DNA of 64,000 nucleotides. It comes from Trichoplax adhaerens. Taxonomy: Eukaryota; Animalia; Placozoa. Below, piece after piece: positions 13,979 through 31,879 of the stretch. Made by a program: the position numbers and the translations under genes. Location of the stretch: positions 938,272 through 1,002,271 of the forward strand of contig NW_002060958.1 in assembly GCF_000150275.1 (NCBI RefSeq), in the 5' to 3' direction. A model generated the notes under the pieces. That model did not search any database and was not told the origin of the DNA. It worked only from the letters and a program-made list of their open reading frames with translations. How positions within the stretch are numbered: position 1 is the stretch's first letter; each line of letters begins with the position of its first letter.

Positions 13979-16900
13979 ATGGCAACTGCACCTCCATGTA
14001 AGTGCTACATAAAGTACAAGATAATCTTGCTCTTGACAAATGCTACATAAAGTACAAGATAATCTTGCTCTTGACAAATGCTACATAAAGTACAAGATAA
14101 TCTTGCTCTTGACAAGTGCTACATAACGTACAAGATAATCTTGCTCTTGACAAGTGCCACATAAAGTACAAGATAATCTTACTCTGGACAACTGCTACAT
14201 ACAGTAAAGTACAAGATAACCTTGCTCTTGACTAGTGCTACATAAAGTACAAGATAATCTTGCTCTGGACAAGTGCTACATACAGTAAAGTACAAGATAA
14301 CCTTGCTCTTGACTAGTGCTACATAAAGTACAAGATAATCTTGCTCTCGACAAGTGCTACATAAAGTACAAGATAATTTTACTCTTGACAAGTGATACAT
14401 AATCTTGCTCTTGAAAAGTGCTACATAAAGTACAAGATAATCTTGCTCTTAATAAGTGATACATAAAGTACAAGATAATCTTGCTCTGGACAAGTGCTAC
14501 ATAAAGTACACGATAATCCTACTCTTGACAAGTGCTACATAAAGTACAAGATAATCCTGCTCTTAACGGATAACTACTGATTAATTGCGCCTAATGAATG
14601 TGTACAGTATCAAATTATCCGCCTGTACTGTTAAGGCGACTCATGCACCTCAAGAAATTGTTAGTCATCATGTCGTATGGTACTATTGTACCATACGACT
14701 ACGACGCATTCATCAGCTAGTCAACTTTGAATCGACATCACACGATAATACTACTACCGGACTTCAAGCAAGGATAAGTTGGATAATTTACAATTAAAAA
14801 CAAGGATAAATTTCAAGATATTAAAGTAAATATCTATGCTACTGTATTACAATAGCATGATAGCATTCTTGGGTGGTAGCAGTGAAACGCCTGCTAAATA
14901 CCACGCCTAGGATCGTTTCGTAATACATGATCAGATCTTTGCAACGTTATACTGTAGTCTCAAACCATTCGCGCTAACTTATTATTGCACTGGTTCAGTT
15001 ACTATTTCTATCCTATATATATATATCAGTATATTTTCGATTTCATTGATGATATTAATCTACATTAATGGTACTTTTTCATTTATTTATAATTTACTAT
15101 TTCAGCTGATGAAGCATGGACCAAAAGCATCGAATTATATTGTAAACCATCAGGTATTCTCAAAGTGCAAATGTCACATACGCGTATAGCAAATAATCCA
15201 CTACAGTGTATCTTTGCTAAATTCATCCTCTACTTAATATGTGCCTCCTTCTAAAGTTCAATATCAAAATTTTTTTAAAACAATATCACAAACTTTCTTC
15301 TCTTGTTAAAATTCCAATAAATAAAAATCCTGTATATGCCATGTCATCGCAGATGTAGTTACAATTTCGGCCCTGATGATTGCAAGTTACCCACAATATA
15401 ACTATCAAGATACGTCAATCACCAATTAATGATGTACTTGTGCGTAAAAGTTGGTTCTTTTCACATTTTTATAGTGCATGCAATTATATCACTTCCATCC
15501 ACTCGGAGCAGACACTGATTATTTTTGATCCTAGACATCCTCCCTACAATTACCATCATTACTCTACATCATGGACGAGAACTATAGACGATCCGTTACA
15601 ATTTAAGAGTAGAAATAAAATGTGACGTAAATATAACTTGAACTGCAAGAATTAGACTCAGAATGGACCTATAACTGCCAATTGTGCTAATGCAATGTCA
15701 TCTAATATTAGAAACGTAGCTAAGAATAGAATAACTTACGTTGTAGCTAAGATATTGGTATTACTTTCCTTACAGTATAGATAACTTTGCTTCTCCTGGA
15801 AATAACATCGAAATTTTAGCATAGAACGTTATGTTGTATAACATGTATCCGATATTAAATCTACGCAGTATCCTCGTATCAATATAGTCTTGCAATCATC
15901 ATAAACAGTGACAATGTTGACGCGATTCATTCAGATATTTTCGAGCGCATTAAAATTCTTTACTACAGCTTCACTGATAGTCTCTTCAAGTAATACAAGT
16001 AATTACAATTCATCATATTGTTACCCATCCCTTTCTTGTAATCAACTATTTTCAAACTCTTACCAGCTAATACTGTACTGTATTATGCAGCCGCTTTAAA
16101 TCGAGAATGATGAGCATAAATTCAACTAAAGTCTTTACGTATTGAATGATAACAACATATATCTTCTACATTGGCATAGATGAAGAACTTTTATATGAAA
16201 AAGGAGAGAAACTTGCTGTTAAGGTTGGACACAATTGAAATTGTAGATTCCTTTGCTGTTATAGTGTGTCCTTTCAATAAAATTCGATAATGTGGAACGT
16301 TTTAACTTAGACGTTAAAATTTGACCTATTCAAAACTAGATATAACTTCTTACTTTAATGAAATTAATCACTGATAAACTTGTAATATATCAATCGTGCG
16401 AAGTCCTATTCCAGAAATAACCGTTAACAATTTACTAATTGTAATAATAGGCTTATCTGGCTATTTCTCGACTTGAATATTCCGTACATGTTAGATCTAA
16501 TACGGAATTTATGTCTCCTTCAGGTACAATTGATTATTAGTACAATTGTTAGATATGTTTCACTACGATCCATCTGGTCATGTACTTGCAATGAAATTAG
16601 CTATTTATGCATATAATGAAATAATTTTATAATATACGGTACCATAGCAGGGTCAGTAACTGCCGTATTGCTAGTATTTTAAGACTTGACATTTGTGCTA
16701 GGTGTTGTCCCTATAATCCGTGTCCCACCACTCTTCTTTTGCGGATTTAATGCCATAGCCAACTTTATCGAGCTAAAGGTATCATTATCATCATGTATCC
16801 GGCATTAAGCTAGCGCTGGTAGTCTCATCGTTTATGTAATTATCAGATAGTCACTGGATACGAATACTGTGCGTACTAATATTTGAATTTTCTTTTAACT

Positions 16901-17728
16901 TGTATAGGAACGCTCCGCTAGTAGCCTTTTAGATTCGCAGACAACAGCTGACATGAAAGCTTATATATCGTTAATACAAGATAAACTATTACCGGCAGAG
17001 GTATGCAAAGTGTAGCCAAATTTCTAATCAGAGTTTCAGCCATCCTAATCATAGCGTACTAACAATTTACTCTATGTCACTATTTGACTGTAGATGTGCA
17101 TTACATGGGGAAACGATGATAATTATGCAAATGTAAATTCCTAGTTTGAAATAACGATTACGTTATTACAACAGATATTGTTCATACAAAAATGGTCGTT
17201 AACAAAATTCTTTCTACCCGTTTACAGCTGACTAAACACAAATATGGTGATAATCTACCGTCTCCGCTCAATCAGATTATACCTTGGCTGAAAAGGCAAT
17301 CAATTATTCGCTCTTTAAGAAATCGAGAATTACCTATTGTCTATAGTGATGCCAAATCAACGATCAAACAAGTTCTACAAGCATTGTCAAATCGCTTAGG
17401 AACAAGTCTTCGCTTTTTTGACGATAGGTGATGATTATGTTCCACAGTATCACAGATATGAATCAATGTTTACGTACTGTACTGTAGTTCCGATAGATAA
17501 GCAAATTATACTCTATATAAATCTTTTGTGAATGCCTGTTACATGGAATCTCACGGAAAGGTAACTGAGTTTTTTATTATATTTAGACTTACAGAATTGG
17601 ACGCTTTAGCTTATGGTCATCTAAAATCTATCCAGGATTGTGATTTATTAGAAATAAGAAATCTTCTAACGGACTATCCGAATCTTGTAGTATTTTGTAA
17701 TAATTTCCCAGTTATGAACAATCTGTAA
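13979..17728 (+). CDS. MTX2: Metaxin-2 (mitochondrial outer membrane SAM-associated, GST-like fold)
   Basis: Approximate exons 13979-13997 (MATAPP, GTAAGT donor), 15106-15152, 16180-16223, 16451-16523 (RSNTEFMSPSG), 16702-16778, 16908-17000 (ADMKAYISL..DKLLPAE), 17095-17133, 17228-17427 (KYGDNLPSPLNQII...QALSNRLGT), 17588-17728 (TELDALAYGHL...YPNLVVFC). Motifs match recalled metaxin-2; no C-terminal transmembrane segment as in metaxin-1. Confidence 0.88.
14001..14565. repeat. 38-bp tandem minisatellite (~14 copies) in MTX2 intron 1
   Basis: Unit tgctacataaagtacaagataatcttgctcttgacaag; starts at 14003, 14041, 14079; two copies carry an acagt insertion. Confidence 0.95.
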
Positions 17729-18432
17729 ATCTTTATTGCGCATTAATAAATTAATTATATGATAACATCTAACGGCTGTTTATTGCGATTGATTTCGATT
17801 AGTTTGACTGGAAAAATCAGTCATTTAAAATTAAGATATCATTTGAACAACTAAACTTGGTGGTGGTCGCCCGATAGTACTGTACAATACAGGACAAATT
17901 TTTAAGAATAAACTGTCATGGATTACATAAATATTATATTTTATAAGATTAAAAGAATATTGTACAGTACTTGAGAAATAGCCACTACAAGGATTACTTT
18001 AAGCACCACGACAGCACAATATACTGCAGTACATAAACTGTACTAGCTAGCTTCTGTTCGTATTTCTACTTAAAGTTGTAATAATCTTACTAACCCTTAA
18101 TCTTAAATCCAATTACATGCACTGATTCACGTACAATACAACTTAAGCGTACGTGAGCTATATGCGTATTCGTACAATTCATAAACTTACGGCAGTCCGT
18201 AACTGGTCTACGATCCAGATACCTTACGTGTAGGGTAATTAAATACTACAAACTATTACAGTTAACCATACTATTAAGGATGTTAACAATAATTTCTAAG
18301 TATCCTGTATCTACTACATCTTCATACCATACCATTATAACGGAAATTGGAGCAATAAAACTTTTATTCAAACATTTAATAAATTTTTATTGATATTAAT
18401 CTACGTAAGGCTTGAATTTTACTTTACAAATT

Positions 18433-20668
18433 TTAATCTACTTCTTCAATTGTTGGACCCCCACTACCAGAGCCACCGCTTGGTGGAGCACCACCGCCGG
18501 GCATACCACCGGGCATACCACCAGGCATACCACCAGGCATACCACCAGGCATACCACCGGGCGCACCACCAGCAGCTTGATACAGTTTTGTAATGATAGG
18601 CGCACAAACTTTTTCAAGCTCTTTCTGTTGATATTCAAATTCGTCTTTTTCGGCAGTTTGATTCTTATCCAACCAATCCAAAGCTTCCGTGCATTTATCC
18701 AAAATGACTTTCTTGTCATCGTCACTAATTTTATCTTTAACTTTATCGTCTTCAACTGTGCTCTTCATATTGTAAGCATAGCTCTCCAAACTATTCTTTG
18801 AAGAAATTTTATCGCGTTGTTTATCATCCTCAGCTTTGTATTGTTCCGCTTCGTTCACCATGCGTTCGATATCGTCTTTAGATAATCGGCCTTTATCGTT
18901 AGTAATCGTGATTTTGTTTTCTTTACCTGTACTCTTTTCAACAGCTGAAACGTTCAATATACCATTTGCATCAATGTCGAATGTAACTTCAATTTGAGGT
19001 ACACCTCGTGGAGCTGGAGGGATGCCACTTAACTCGAATTTTCCGAGTGAATTATTATCCTTTGTCATTGCACGTTCCCCTTCATACACCTGAATCAAGA
19101 CACCTGGCTGATTATCAGCGTAAGTGGTAAAAGTTTGAGTCTGCTTGGTAGGAATAGTAGTATTACGCTTAATTAAAGCCGTCATCACGCCACCGGCCGT
19201 TTCGATACCGAGTGACAAGGGAGCAACATCAAGTAATAACAGATCTTGGACATCTTCACTCTTGTCACCACTTAATATAGCCGCTTGAACTGCAGCGCCG
19301 TATGCAACGGCTTCATCAGGATTGATGGATTTATTTAGTTCTTTGCCGTTAAAGAAATCTTGCAACAACTTTTGGATCTTGGGGATACGTGTAGAACCAC
19401 CTACAAGAACGATATCATGGATTGATGATTTATCCATTTTAGCATCGCGTATCGCCTTCTCTACAGGTTGCGTAGTGCTTCGGAAAAGATCGCCATTTAA
19501 TTCTTCAAAACGAGCTCTTGTAATACTAGTGTAGAAATCGATACCCTCAAATAGCGAATCAATTTCAATACTGGCTTGAGTGACTGAAGACAATGTTCTC
19601 TTTGCTCTTTCACAAGCTGTTCTTAGACGACGGACAGAGCGCTTGTTTCCGCTTATATCCTTCTTATACTTGCGTTTAAATTCGCCCATAAAGAAGTTGA
19701 CCATATTATTATCAAAATCTTCACCACCAAGATGAGTGTCTCCAGCTGTCGATTTTACCTCAAAGATACCATCTTCAATTGTTAAAATGGATACATCAAA
19801 AGTGCCACCACCAAGATCGAAGATAAGAACGTTTCGTTCTCCTCCAACTTTCTTATCTAAACCGTAGGCAATAGCAGCTGCTGTAGGTTCATTAATAATA
19901 CGCATAACATTCAAACCAGCGATGGTGCCAGCATCTTTAGTAGCTTGTCGTTGAGAATCGTTAAAGTAGGCAGGTACCGTAACAACAGCATCAGTGACGC
20001 TTTTACCGAGATACGCTTCAGCAGTATCTTTCATTTTATTCAATACCATGGAGGATATTTCCTCCGGGTAAAAAGTTTTCGTTTCACCTTTATATTCAAC
20101 AGAAATTTTTGGTCGAGTGCCCTCATCAATGACCTAACAAATTGAAGCAATTTACGTTTAATAGTAGATACAAGAAAAATTTTCTTATGAAATGCATGAA
20201 TTATTTCATACTATAATGCAAGTTCTATAAATAACTTCTTACATTGAAGGGCCACAGCTTCATGTCGGATTGGACAGGGCCATCTTTAAATTTACGTCCA
20301 ATTAAACGTTTGGCATCTAAAAATTGGTATAATTTGTTAAAACTATGCATCAAGTACTGTTGGTCGAATAAGATTCTTGAATATTGCTTAATTAAAAGCA
20401 TGTGGTCATTGTATTGTATTGTACTGTAGTATAGTATGTTTTAAGTTTACGCGATGAACTTACCAAAGACAGTATTTGTAGGGTTCATTGCTACTTGATT
20501 TTTGGCGGCATCACCAATGAGACGCTCAGAGTCATTGAAAGCTACATAGCTTGGTGTTGTTCTGTTACCTTGATCATTTGCGATAATTTCGACTTTTCCA
20601 TGCTGAAAGATTCCAACACAGGAATACGTCGTACCCAAATCAATCCCAACCGCTGGACCTTTACTCAT
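18433..20668 (-). CDS. HSPA8: Cytosolic Hsp70, Hsc70/HSPA8-like, 659 aa, three coding exons
   Basis: Exons 20464-20668, 20243-20316 and 18433-20133 total 1980 nt. Signatures [38 protein letters not shown] repeats and terminal GPTIEEVD. Coding introns and a 5'UTR intron favour the cognate type; strict orthology needs a tree. Confidence 0.95.
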
Positions 20669-20672
20669 GATG

Positions 20673-21868
20673 CTATTACAAATAAAGTAAGCATAGTTTA
20701 AGACCCTGTACTATCGTCACGAGCACGTCAAGCATTTTTGATTAGTGATTCTAAGCAGATATTACTCGCTTATTCATTTAGATAGTCTAAAATGATGGAC
20801 TTTCAATCCATTATAGAAAAATTTTAAATTTCATGTCAATAAGCTTGCACTACTCATAATTCGCTAATAGTGCGAACGGTGATTACCGCAATTCTAAATG
20901 CGGTCTACAGTTTTTGATTGAAGAGACCGAAGCATACGCTCCGCGCCGACAGTGTTACAGTAGAATTACAGTTCAAATGTTGTAACTCAATTTGACTCCG
21001 ATCCAAAATCATACAACATGTATTGTATCAAAGCCAATTGGAACGTGGTATTAGTCGACTACATTAAATCCAGTGTCAAAGCACGTGCTATAGAACGGGA
21101 GCGGGCTCTTGTCATTTATACGGTAACGTACTGTACGATGTGTAATTGTTCTTATGGAATCATTCTTTTATTAATGCAAGGTCACGCTGTTGACTATGAC
21201 GTCAACCCCTTTTAAGTGACAGCATGCAGTCATTGGTAAAATGAACAAAATCAATTATACTGTACACTATACAGTACAATACAGTACATACCGTACTGTA
21301 TACTGAAGAAGAAGTGTAACAGTAGTGCGTAAAGTAATTCCATTGAAATTCTGAATTTGAAGAGTAAGTTATGGAAACTACTGGAAGCAGAGTAAGAAAT
21401 TTTAAAATTTTATCGCTGCAAAAATTGATAAGTTGGCAAGTAGTTGCACTAAACGAATTCAACCCCAAAGTTTTAGAATTATCTTAATTCATGAATACTA
21501 CAGAATCTCCACTAGAGATTCATTTACTGTTCAGTACCGTAGACATCCTTGCTTTAGCCATGCTTTCGAAAAAATGAATCATTCCTACTTACAACAATTC
21601 ACTTCTACTAGCTACGGCATAACTATAATTGAATAAAGGCTTTCATTAAGTTAAAGTGAGCATAGATCATTGGTATGTCGCTAAAAAGCCACCTTTAACT
21701 TCCTAGATGCAGTTGTCTTTTGTCAAGCATGAAATTTCAATCTACACATTTTCCTTCAATTCCGCATGTTATTTAACGTGCAAGATGCATTATCGTAAGT
21801 TTGTACATATTTTCAATCAATACCATTCATATCGAGTATATAACAAACAGACTAAGCTACCAACTTAC
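20673..21868 (-). other. Putative 5'UTR intron of Hsp70; non-coding exon 1 at about 21869-21978
   Basis: Acceptor TAATAG|CATCATG 4 nt before the ATG; strong donor GTAAGT at 21868; TATA box about 135 nt further upstream. Confidence 0.6.
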
Positions 21869-22001
21869 ATATTCGGTAGGTTTTTTCAAAACGTTGAAGC
21901 AGAAGATTTCGTATTTCCTCAGAGGACACTGTACGTGGTCTCTAGGTAGTGCTGTCTACTGACAATTATTAGCAAAGAATGAGTGAATAGTCCTACACTA
22001 C

Positions 22002-22056
22002 TTTTATACTGTACTGTACGGTACTGCACCACAATTGCGATCGAAGATTCTAGAAG
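22002..22056 (-). promoter_or_regulatory. Hsp70 promoter: TATA box plus heat-shock element
   Basis: TATAAAA on the minus strand at 22008-22002; three perfect alternating nGAAn units cGAAg-aTTCt-aGAAg at 22042-22056; an imperfect element tTTCt-aGATa-aTTCt at 22470-22484. Confidence 0.75.
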
Positions 22057-22839
22057 CATTTGAATTTAATAATAACCCAGTCATAAAAGTAATTTTCGTT
22101 TTTCCATAAGTTTCTATACTGTACTGTACACTTCTAAATTAATACTGTACAGTACAGTGTATGTACAGTATAGTGTACTGTACTGTACACTATACACTAT
22201 ATATACAGTGCTACTAAATGAGTAATTCATTAATTCATTAATTATTTTATTTTAAAGTGGTTGACTGGTAGGTAGTCCATCGCTGTCCATGCCTACCGTC
22301 TGAATAGACGTGATACTCTAGGCCTAGTCGCCTAGACGCCTAGTCCATAACAACCACAGAACATTTCGAGCATAGCGAGTTACGGTAGCACTCTACTATA
22401 CCGCAGAGTCACGAGATGAACCCGGATGCGTGCAGGTATGGTGCAGGCTAGTACAGCATAGCACCGCGTTTTCTAGATAATTCTTCCGTTCTTTACACAG
22501 TAGAATCTTGTATTAAAAATGCTGACAAGCATCTACCCGCCTTCGTAGACTAATTAATTATTCAATATTACTGTACTTTAATATATTAACTGGGTCTAAA
22601 AAAGGCCAGGATCAAGCCGAGCCGATTATATCATCCAAAGAGTAGCAAGTGTATGGACGATAAAATGTTCTAATTGGTATCATAATCACCATTTTTATTG
22701 CTACCAGTCCAAAAATAAAAATGGTTCGACATCATCAAGTTAAATGACTGTACTATATATCTCTATACAGTACTTGGCATGGTTCGACCACCTTTTAACG
22801 TATCGGACAGTTTACCGAAAAAAGCCCTTGTCGCAATCC

Positions 22840-22995
22840 AGTACAGTGTACAGTACAGTACTAAAAAATTGCACGCCCGATTACCTGTACTGTACACTGT
22901 ACACTGTACAGTACAGTACAGTACAGGACGACAGTACCACGTATTGTACTGTACACTGTACACTGTACACGACGACAGTACCACGTACTGTACCA
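22840..22995. repeat. GTAC-pentamer microsatellite (cagta/ctgta/gtaca mosaic) in the Hsp70-COA3 divergent region
   Basis: Directly visible, e.g. gtactgtacactgtacactgtacagtacagtacagtacagg; a related cluster at 22116-22210. Confidence 0.85.
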
Positions 22996-23252
22996 TGGCA
23001 TCGCTGGCAGTGTCTAATAACATACTTGATTTTTGAGTAATGTACTCAAGTCTTGAGGATTTTATAGCAATCTGGCTGTAAAATTGAATTGAATTACGCT
23101 ATTACATCATTTAGCTGATCTCAATCACTTAGTTCTTTCGAAATTTTCTCTCACACCTCGAATTTTTTCACAGATATAGCATTGAATAGACTGTACTTAG
23201 ACGACAACAAAGTGAAAAATTTGATAAAGAAATATTAAATTGAAAGGAAGCG

Positions 23253-24202
23253 ATGGAAACCAACGATAAAAGTGCTGCTGTGAAGTCGATGAAATCCTCG
23301 CGCATGGACGAGTTTAGATCCAGAGGTACGGCAGACCTTGAAGGACTCAGAAAATTTCGAGGCAGAAATTTCACTATCCTAGGCATACTAACTGCCTCAG
23401 TGATTGGTGTTTGTATCCTTATCATCCAACCCATGCTCATGATTTACTATCACTATTCATAATTTAAGTCGAGTGCGTCCTGATGGTTATGTCTTTACTG
23501 CAATGCTTTGTCCACTTCACAGTTAGTAAAATTCAATTTTGTTATTACTTATTGCGTAAAAATACGGAGGATAGCACTTTCAACTGTACAGAATAGAAAT
23601 CTATTTGGACATTTTGAACTCTCTGGAGGTGCCTGTCTAGGGACTGTTACTGACATGCAGTAGGTATGCATGTATGTACTGTACAGTTTATACGCGTATA
23701 CTGAATTTGGTAAGATTAAATTTAGTTCTGTAGCGCACAACATACAATAATGCAGTACATATTATGCATTCGCATGACATGGAATCAATTATTGTATCCA
23801 TATTAAGCCATCAGATACAAAGATAAACACCGTAAATCAGGTAAAGTACTCTAAGAAATAGAGTTATTTCATGTAATGAAAACAGTTTGACCAAGCAGTT
23901 ACAGTGAAAGGTCCTGCAACATCATAATAATATTAACACAACACTAACTGTATGTCTATATTCGCGTATACACAGCACCGGCATACTGCAACGAATTATA
24001 TGTATATATATAAATAATAATTAATAATAACTCTTTCAACATGATGAATGAGTAAAGTTAATGTCTATAAGTTAAATGCCTTAACTGTTGCTGTATTTTA
24101 TTGCTCATCTGTTTGAACTAAGATGGATACACTATTTGGGCAACTAAGCAAGAAGATTTCTTAGATACAATTCCAGATTCTAGATCAAAGAAACCTCAAT
24201 AG
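23253..24202 (+). CDS. COA3: Cytochrome c oxidase assembly factor 3 (CCDC56/MITRAC12), 79 aa, two exons
   Basis: Exon 1 23253-23412 and exon 2 24123-24202 give ...RKFRGRNFTILGILTASVIGVYGYTIWATKQEDFLDTIPDSRSKKPQ*, matching the COA3 pattern R.RN..(TM)..YGYT....QE.FLD. The ORF track reads through the intron and misses exon 2. Confidence 0.88.
23413..24122 (+). other. U12-type GT-AG intron, sole coding intron of COA3
   Basis: 5' site GTATCCTTAT at 23413; branch TGCCTTAAC at 24077-24085; the first downstream AG is at 24121-24122; phase-1 splice rebuilds the conserved Tyr. Confidence 0.88.
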
Positions 24203-25125
24203 TTGATACTACCGTAGTTGGTACCATATGATATATCGCTATGGTTGGTATTTGATTGGTTTTGATATGGATTGCAAATGCGCGTGACCGACATAAGTAA
24301 AATTTGTATAATAGTCGGTTTCAGTAAATTACGCTGTACTATTATAGTGTAAAAAATGTTTAATCGACATTGCGCGATGGATTTGTTTACGGTCTACCAA
24401 GCTGCTATTTCCTGTATGAGTGCATTAGCGTACGAACAAGACGGTAATCATAATAACCATCAAAGAGTGAAAAGACTCACAAGTTATGACTCTTATTAAT
24501 TATTGTTGCTTAATTGGTTATTTGTTATTGCCATTGAACTATTTTGTCATCACATCTATCGTGTAACTGTTGAGAACTTCACTTTATTACTTACAAGATC
24601 GTGTAAACTCTCTTAAATGAAGCATTTTAATAGCTACATATCAGCCTAGACTATAATCTAGACTGGAAGCACTGCATTAAATTGTATTTATGCAAGAAAG
24701 ACTCATTCGTGATCCGATAGAATCTGGGCAATGATTCAAACTGTGATGATTGCTTGAACTGTCTCTGCCCGAACAAGAATAACACTAGAATAGTATGATT
24801 ATTTTACAATATAGTAAACATAGTCAATGAGCATTTCAGATACTGTACTGTATTGTGCAAAATATCATACTGTACATATTACAGTACGTCTGAAAGAGTG
24901 AATATTACATGTAGTGCAACGAAGCCAAGAAATATTAAAATAGAACAACTCATAGCTAATTAAAATACTCGTAGTAAATATCAGATAAAGAATTCAAAAT
25001 ATTTAGTTATCCATGATCCCAGGAGCTATCTTTCTACTGAACAGAACAGATATCTTCATTTTACTTAAAAATTTACAACTTAGCCATTTAAGACATTAAT
25101 GCCCATTCCTTGACAATAACCAAAT

Positions 25126-29912
<4,787 letters not shown>

Positions 29913-30350
29913 GTTGTTCAATATGTGGCTTCTTACCTAAAGAGATGCAAAATGGATAATTTACGATTTCATTCAAATAGGTTTTAGTTGTGCAAGATGA
30001 TTACAGTTGGTTGATATTGATGAGGAAAATGATGTATCTAGACCTGACATGTATCAACACTTTAACAGGGAAGGATAATACGTCAAGCTATGATTGCTAC
30101 TTTGATTGAAGGTGATAAAAACTGCATGATTCGCAAAAGTGTAGTCATACTCTTTCGTCTCTTCATGCCAGAAGTATTGCATTCTAATAATTTGAACAGT
30201 GACAACATGCTTTCATAAACAAGTAATTGATTATGATTCATAGGCTACTCGTATCGTCATCCATGCAATAACACGACGCCATCGCTTGTAAACTAGCGTG
30301 TCGTGTCGTTGCAAAGGATAGACTATGGCGCAGCCAGTACGCATTCTTGG

Positions 30351-31559
30351 CAATGATATGCAATAGTGATTGTAATGCATTTTTGGTCCATCATGTCATT
30401 CCAGTCTATCGAGTACTCCAACTTGATGGCTTCTCTATGTAAGGAACTACAAGTGTAAAGTGTAGACGTCATTTGTCGATTGCAAGCTGGATGTAGGAAT
30501 ATTGCTAGCATTGGATTATTGTACTGTACTGTCGTCTATCCACTATTCTCGGCAATGATATGCAATAGTGATTGTAATGCATTTTTGGTCCATCATGTCA
30601 TTCCGGTCTATCGAGTACTCCAACTTGATGGCTTCTCTATGTAAGGACTACAAGCGTAAAGTGTAGACGTCATTTGTCGATTGCAAGCTGGATGTAGGAA
30701 TATTGCTAGCATTGGATTATTGTACTGTACTGTCGTCTATCCACTATTCTCGGCAATGATATGCAATAGTGATTGTAATGCATTTTTGGTCCATCATGTC
30801 ATTCCAGTCTATCGAGTACTCCAACTTGATGGCTTCTCTATGTAAGGAACTACAAGCGTAAAGTGTAGACGTCATTTGTCGATTGCAAGCTGGATGTAGG
30901 AATATTGCTAGCATTGGATTATTGTACTGTACTGTCGTCTATCCACTATTCTCGGCAATGATATGCAATAGTGATTGTAATGCATTTTTGGTCCATCATG
31001 TCATTCCAGTCTATCGAGTACTCCAACTTGATGGCTTCTCTATGTAAGGAACTACAAGCGTAAAGTGTAGACGTCATTTGTCGATTGCAAGCTGGATGTA
31101 GGAATATTGCTAGCATTGGATTATTGTACTGTACTGTCGTCTATCCACTATTCTCGGCAATGATATGCAATAGTGATTGTAATGCATTTTTGGTCCATCA
31201 TGTCATTCCAGTCTATCGAGTACTCCAACTTGATGGCTTCTCTATGTAAGGAACTACAAGCGTAAAGTGTAGACGTCATTTGTCGATTGCAAGCTGGATG
31301 TAGGAATATTGCTAGCATTGGATTATTGTACTGTACTGTCGTCTATCCACTATTCTCGGCAATGATATGCAATAGTGATTGTAATGCATTTTTGGTCCAT
31401 CATGTCATTCCAGTCTATCGAGTACTCTAACTTGATGGCTTCTCTATGTAAGGAACTACAAGCGTAAAGTGTAGACGTCATTTGTCGATTGTAAGCTGGA
31501 TGTAGGAATATTGCTAGCATTGGATTATTGTACTGTACTGTCGTCTATCTACTATTCTC
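30351..31559. repeat. ~202-bp tandem repeat, 6 near-identical copies, in the putative MCM6 5'UTR intron
   Basis: gcaatgatatgcaatagtgattg recurs at about 30351, 30552, 30753, 30955, 31157 and 31359. Confidence 0.95.
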
Positions 31560-31879
31560 AGTGAGCCATGTTGGCTACGAATCCACTGTAGGGGGAAAAA
31601 AGGAGGAAAAACCACCTCAAAGAGTCGCCAATGAATTTCTCACTTTGAAAATTGCTGTGTGATTTCACGATGATCAAGTGGAACTTTGACTTGTCAGCGT
31701 CGTCACTATTGCAAAAATAATCAATCTATCTCTCCTTATTGGCTACAAACTGTCATGCCACTGGCAATACTTACCAAGAAAGCTTGCCTTGATTTTAATT
31801 TCTTTGAATGATTAAGTTATTAAAAGTGCAATTTGGCAAGTACTTGAAGGAAAATTGGTCGCAATTTTTCACTGACAGT

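Noticed and set aside
14857-14910. ATG at 14857 as the MTX2 start
   Set aside because: It has no good donor; the ATG at 13979 has a consensus GTAAGT donor in the required phase.
18390-18801. Plus-strand ORFs with HQAY/RHTT repeats
   Set aside because: Antisense shadows of the Hsp70 GGMP repeat.
21525-21600. U14-like C/D snoRNA in the Hsp70 intron (minus-strand GGATGTCT...CTGA)
   Set aside because: GGATGT is not directly followed by box D as in U14, and no clear box C or domain A is present.
22744-23040. ORFs rich in YCTV/VQYS (also 13663-13959)
   Set aside because: Translations of the pentamer microsatellite.
23253-23462. 69-aa ORF as SMIM20 or a standalone membrane peptide
   Set aside because: Better explained as COA3 exon 1 read through the U12 donor; exon 2 supplies YGYT...QEDFLD.
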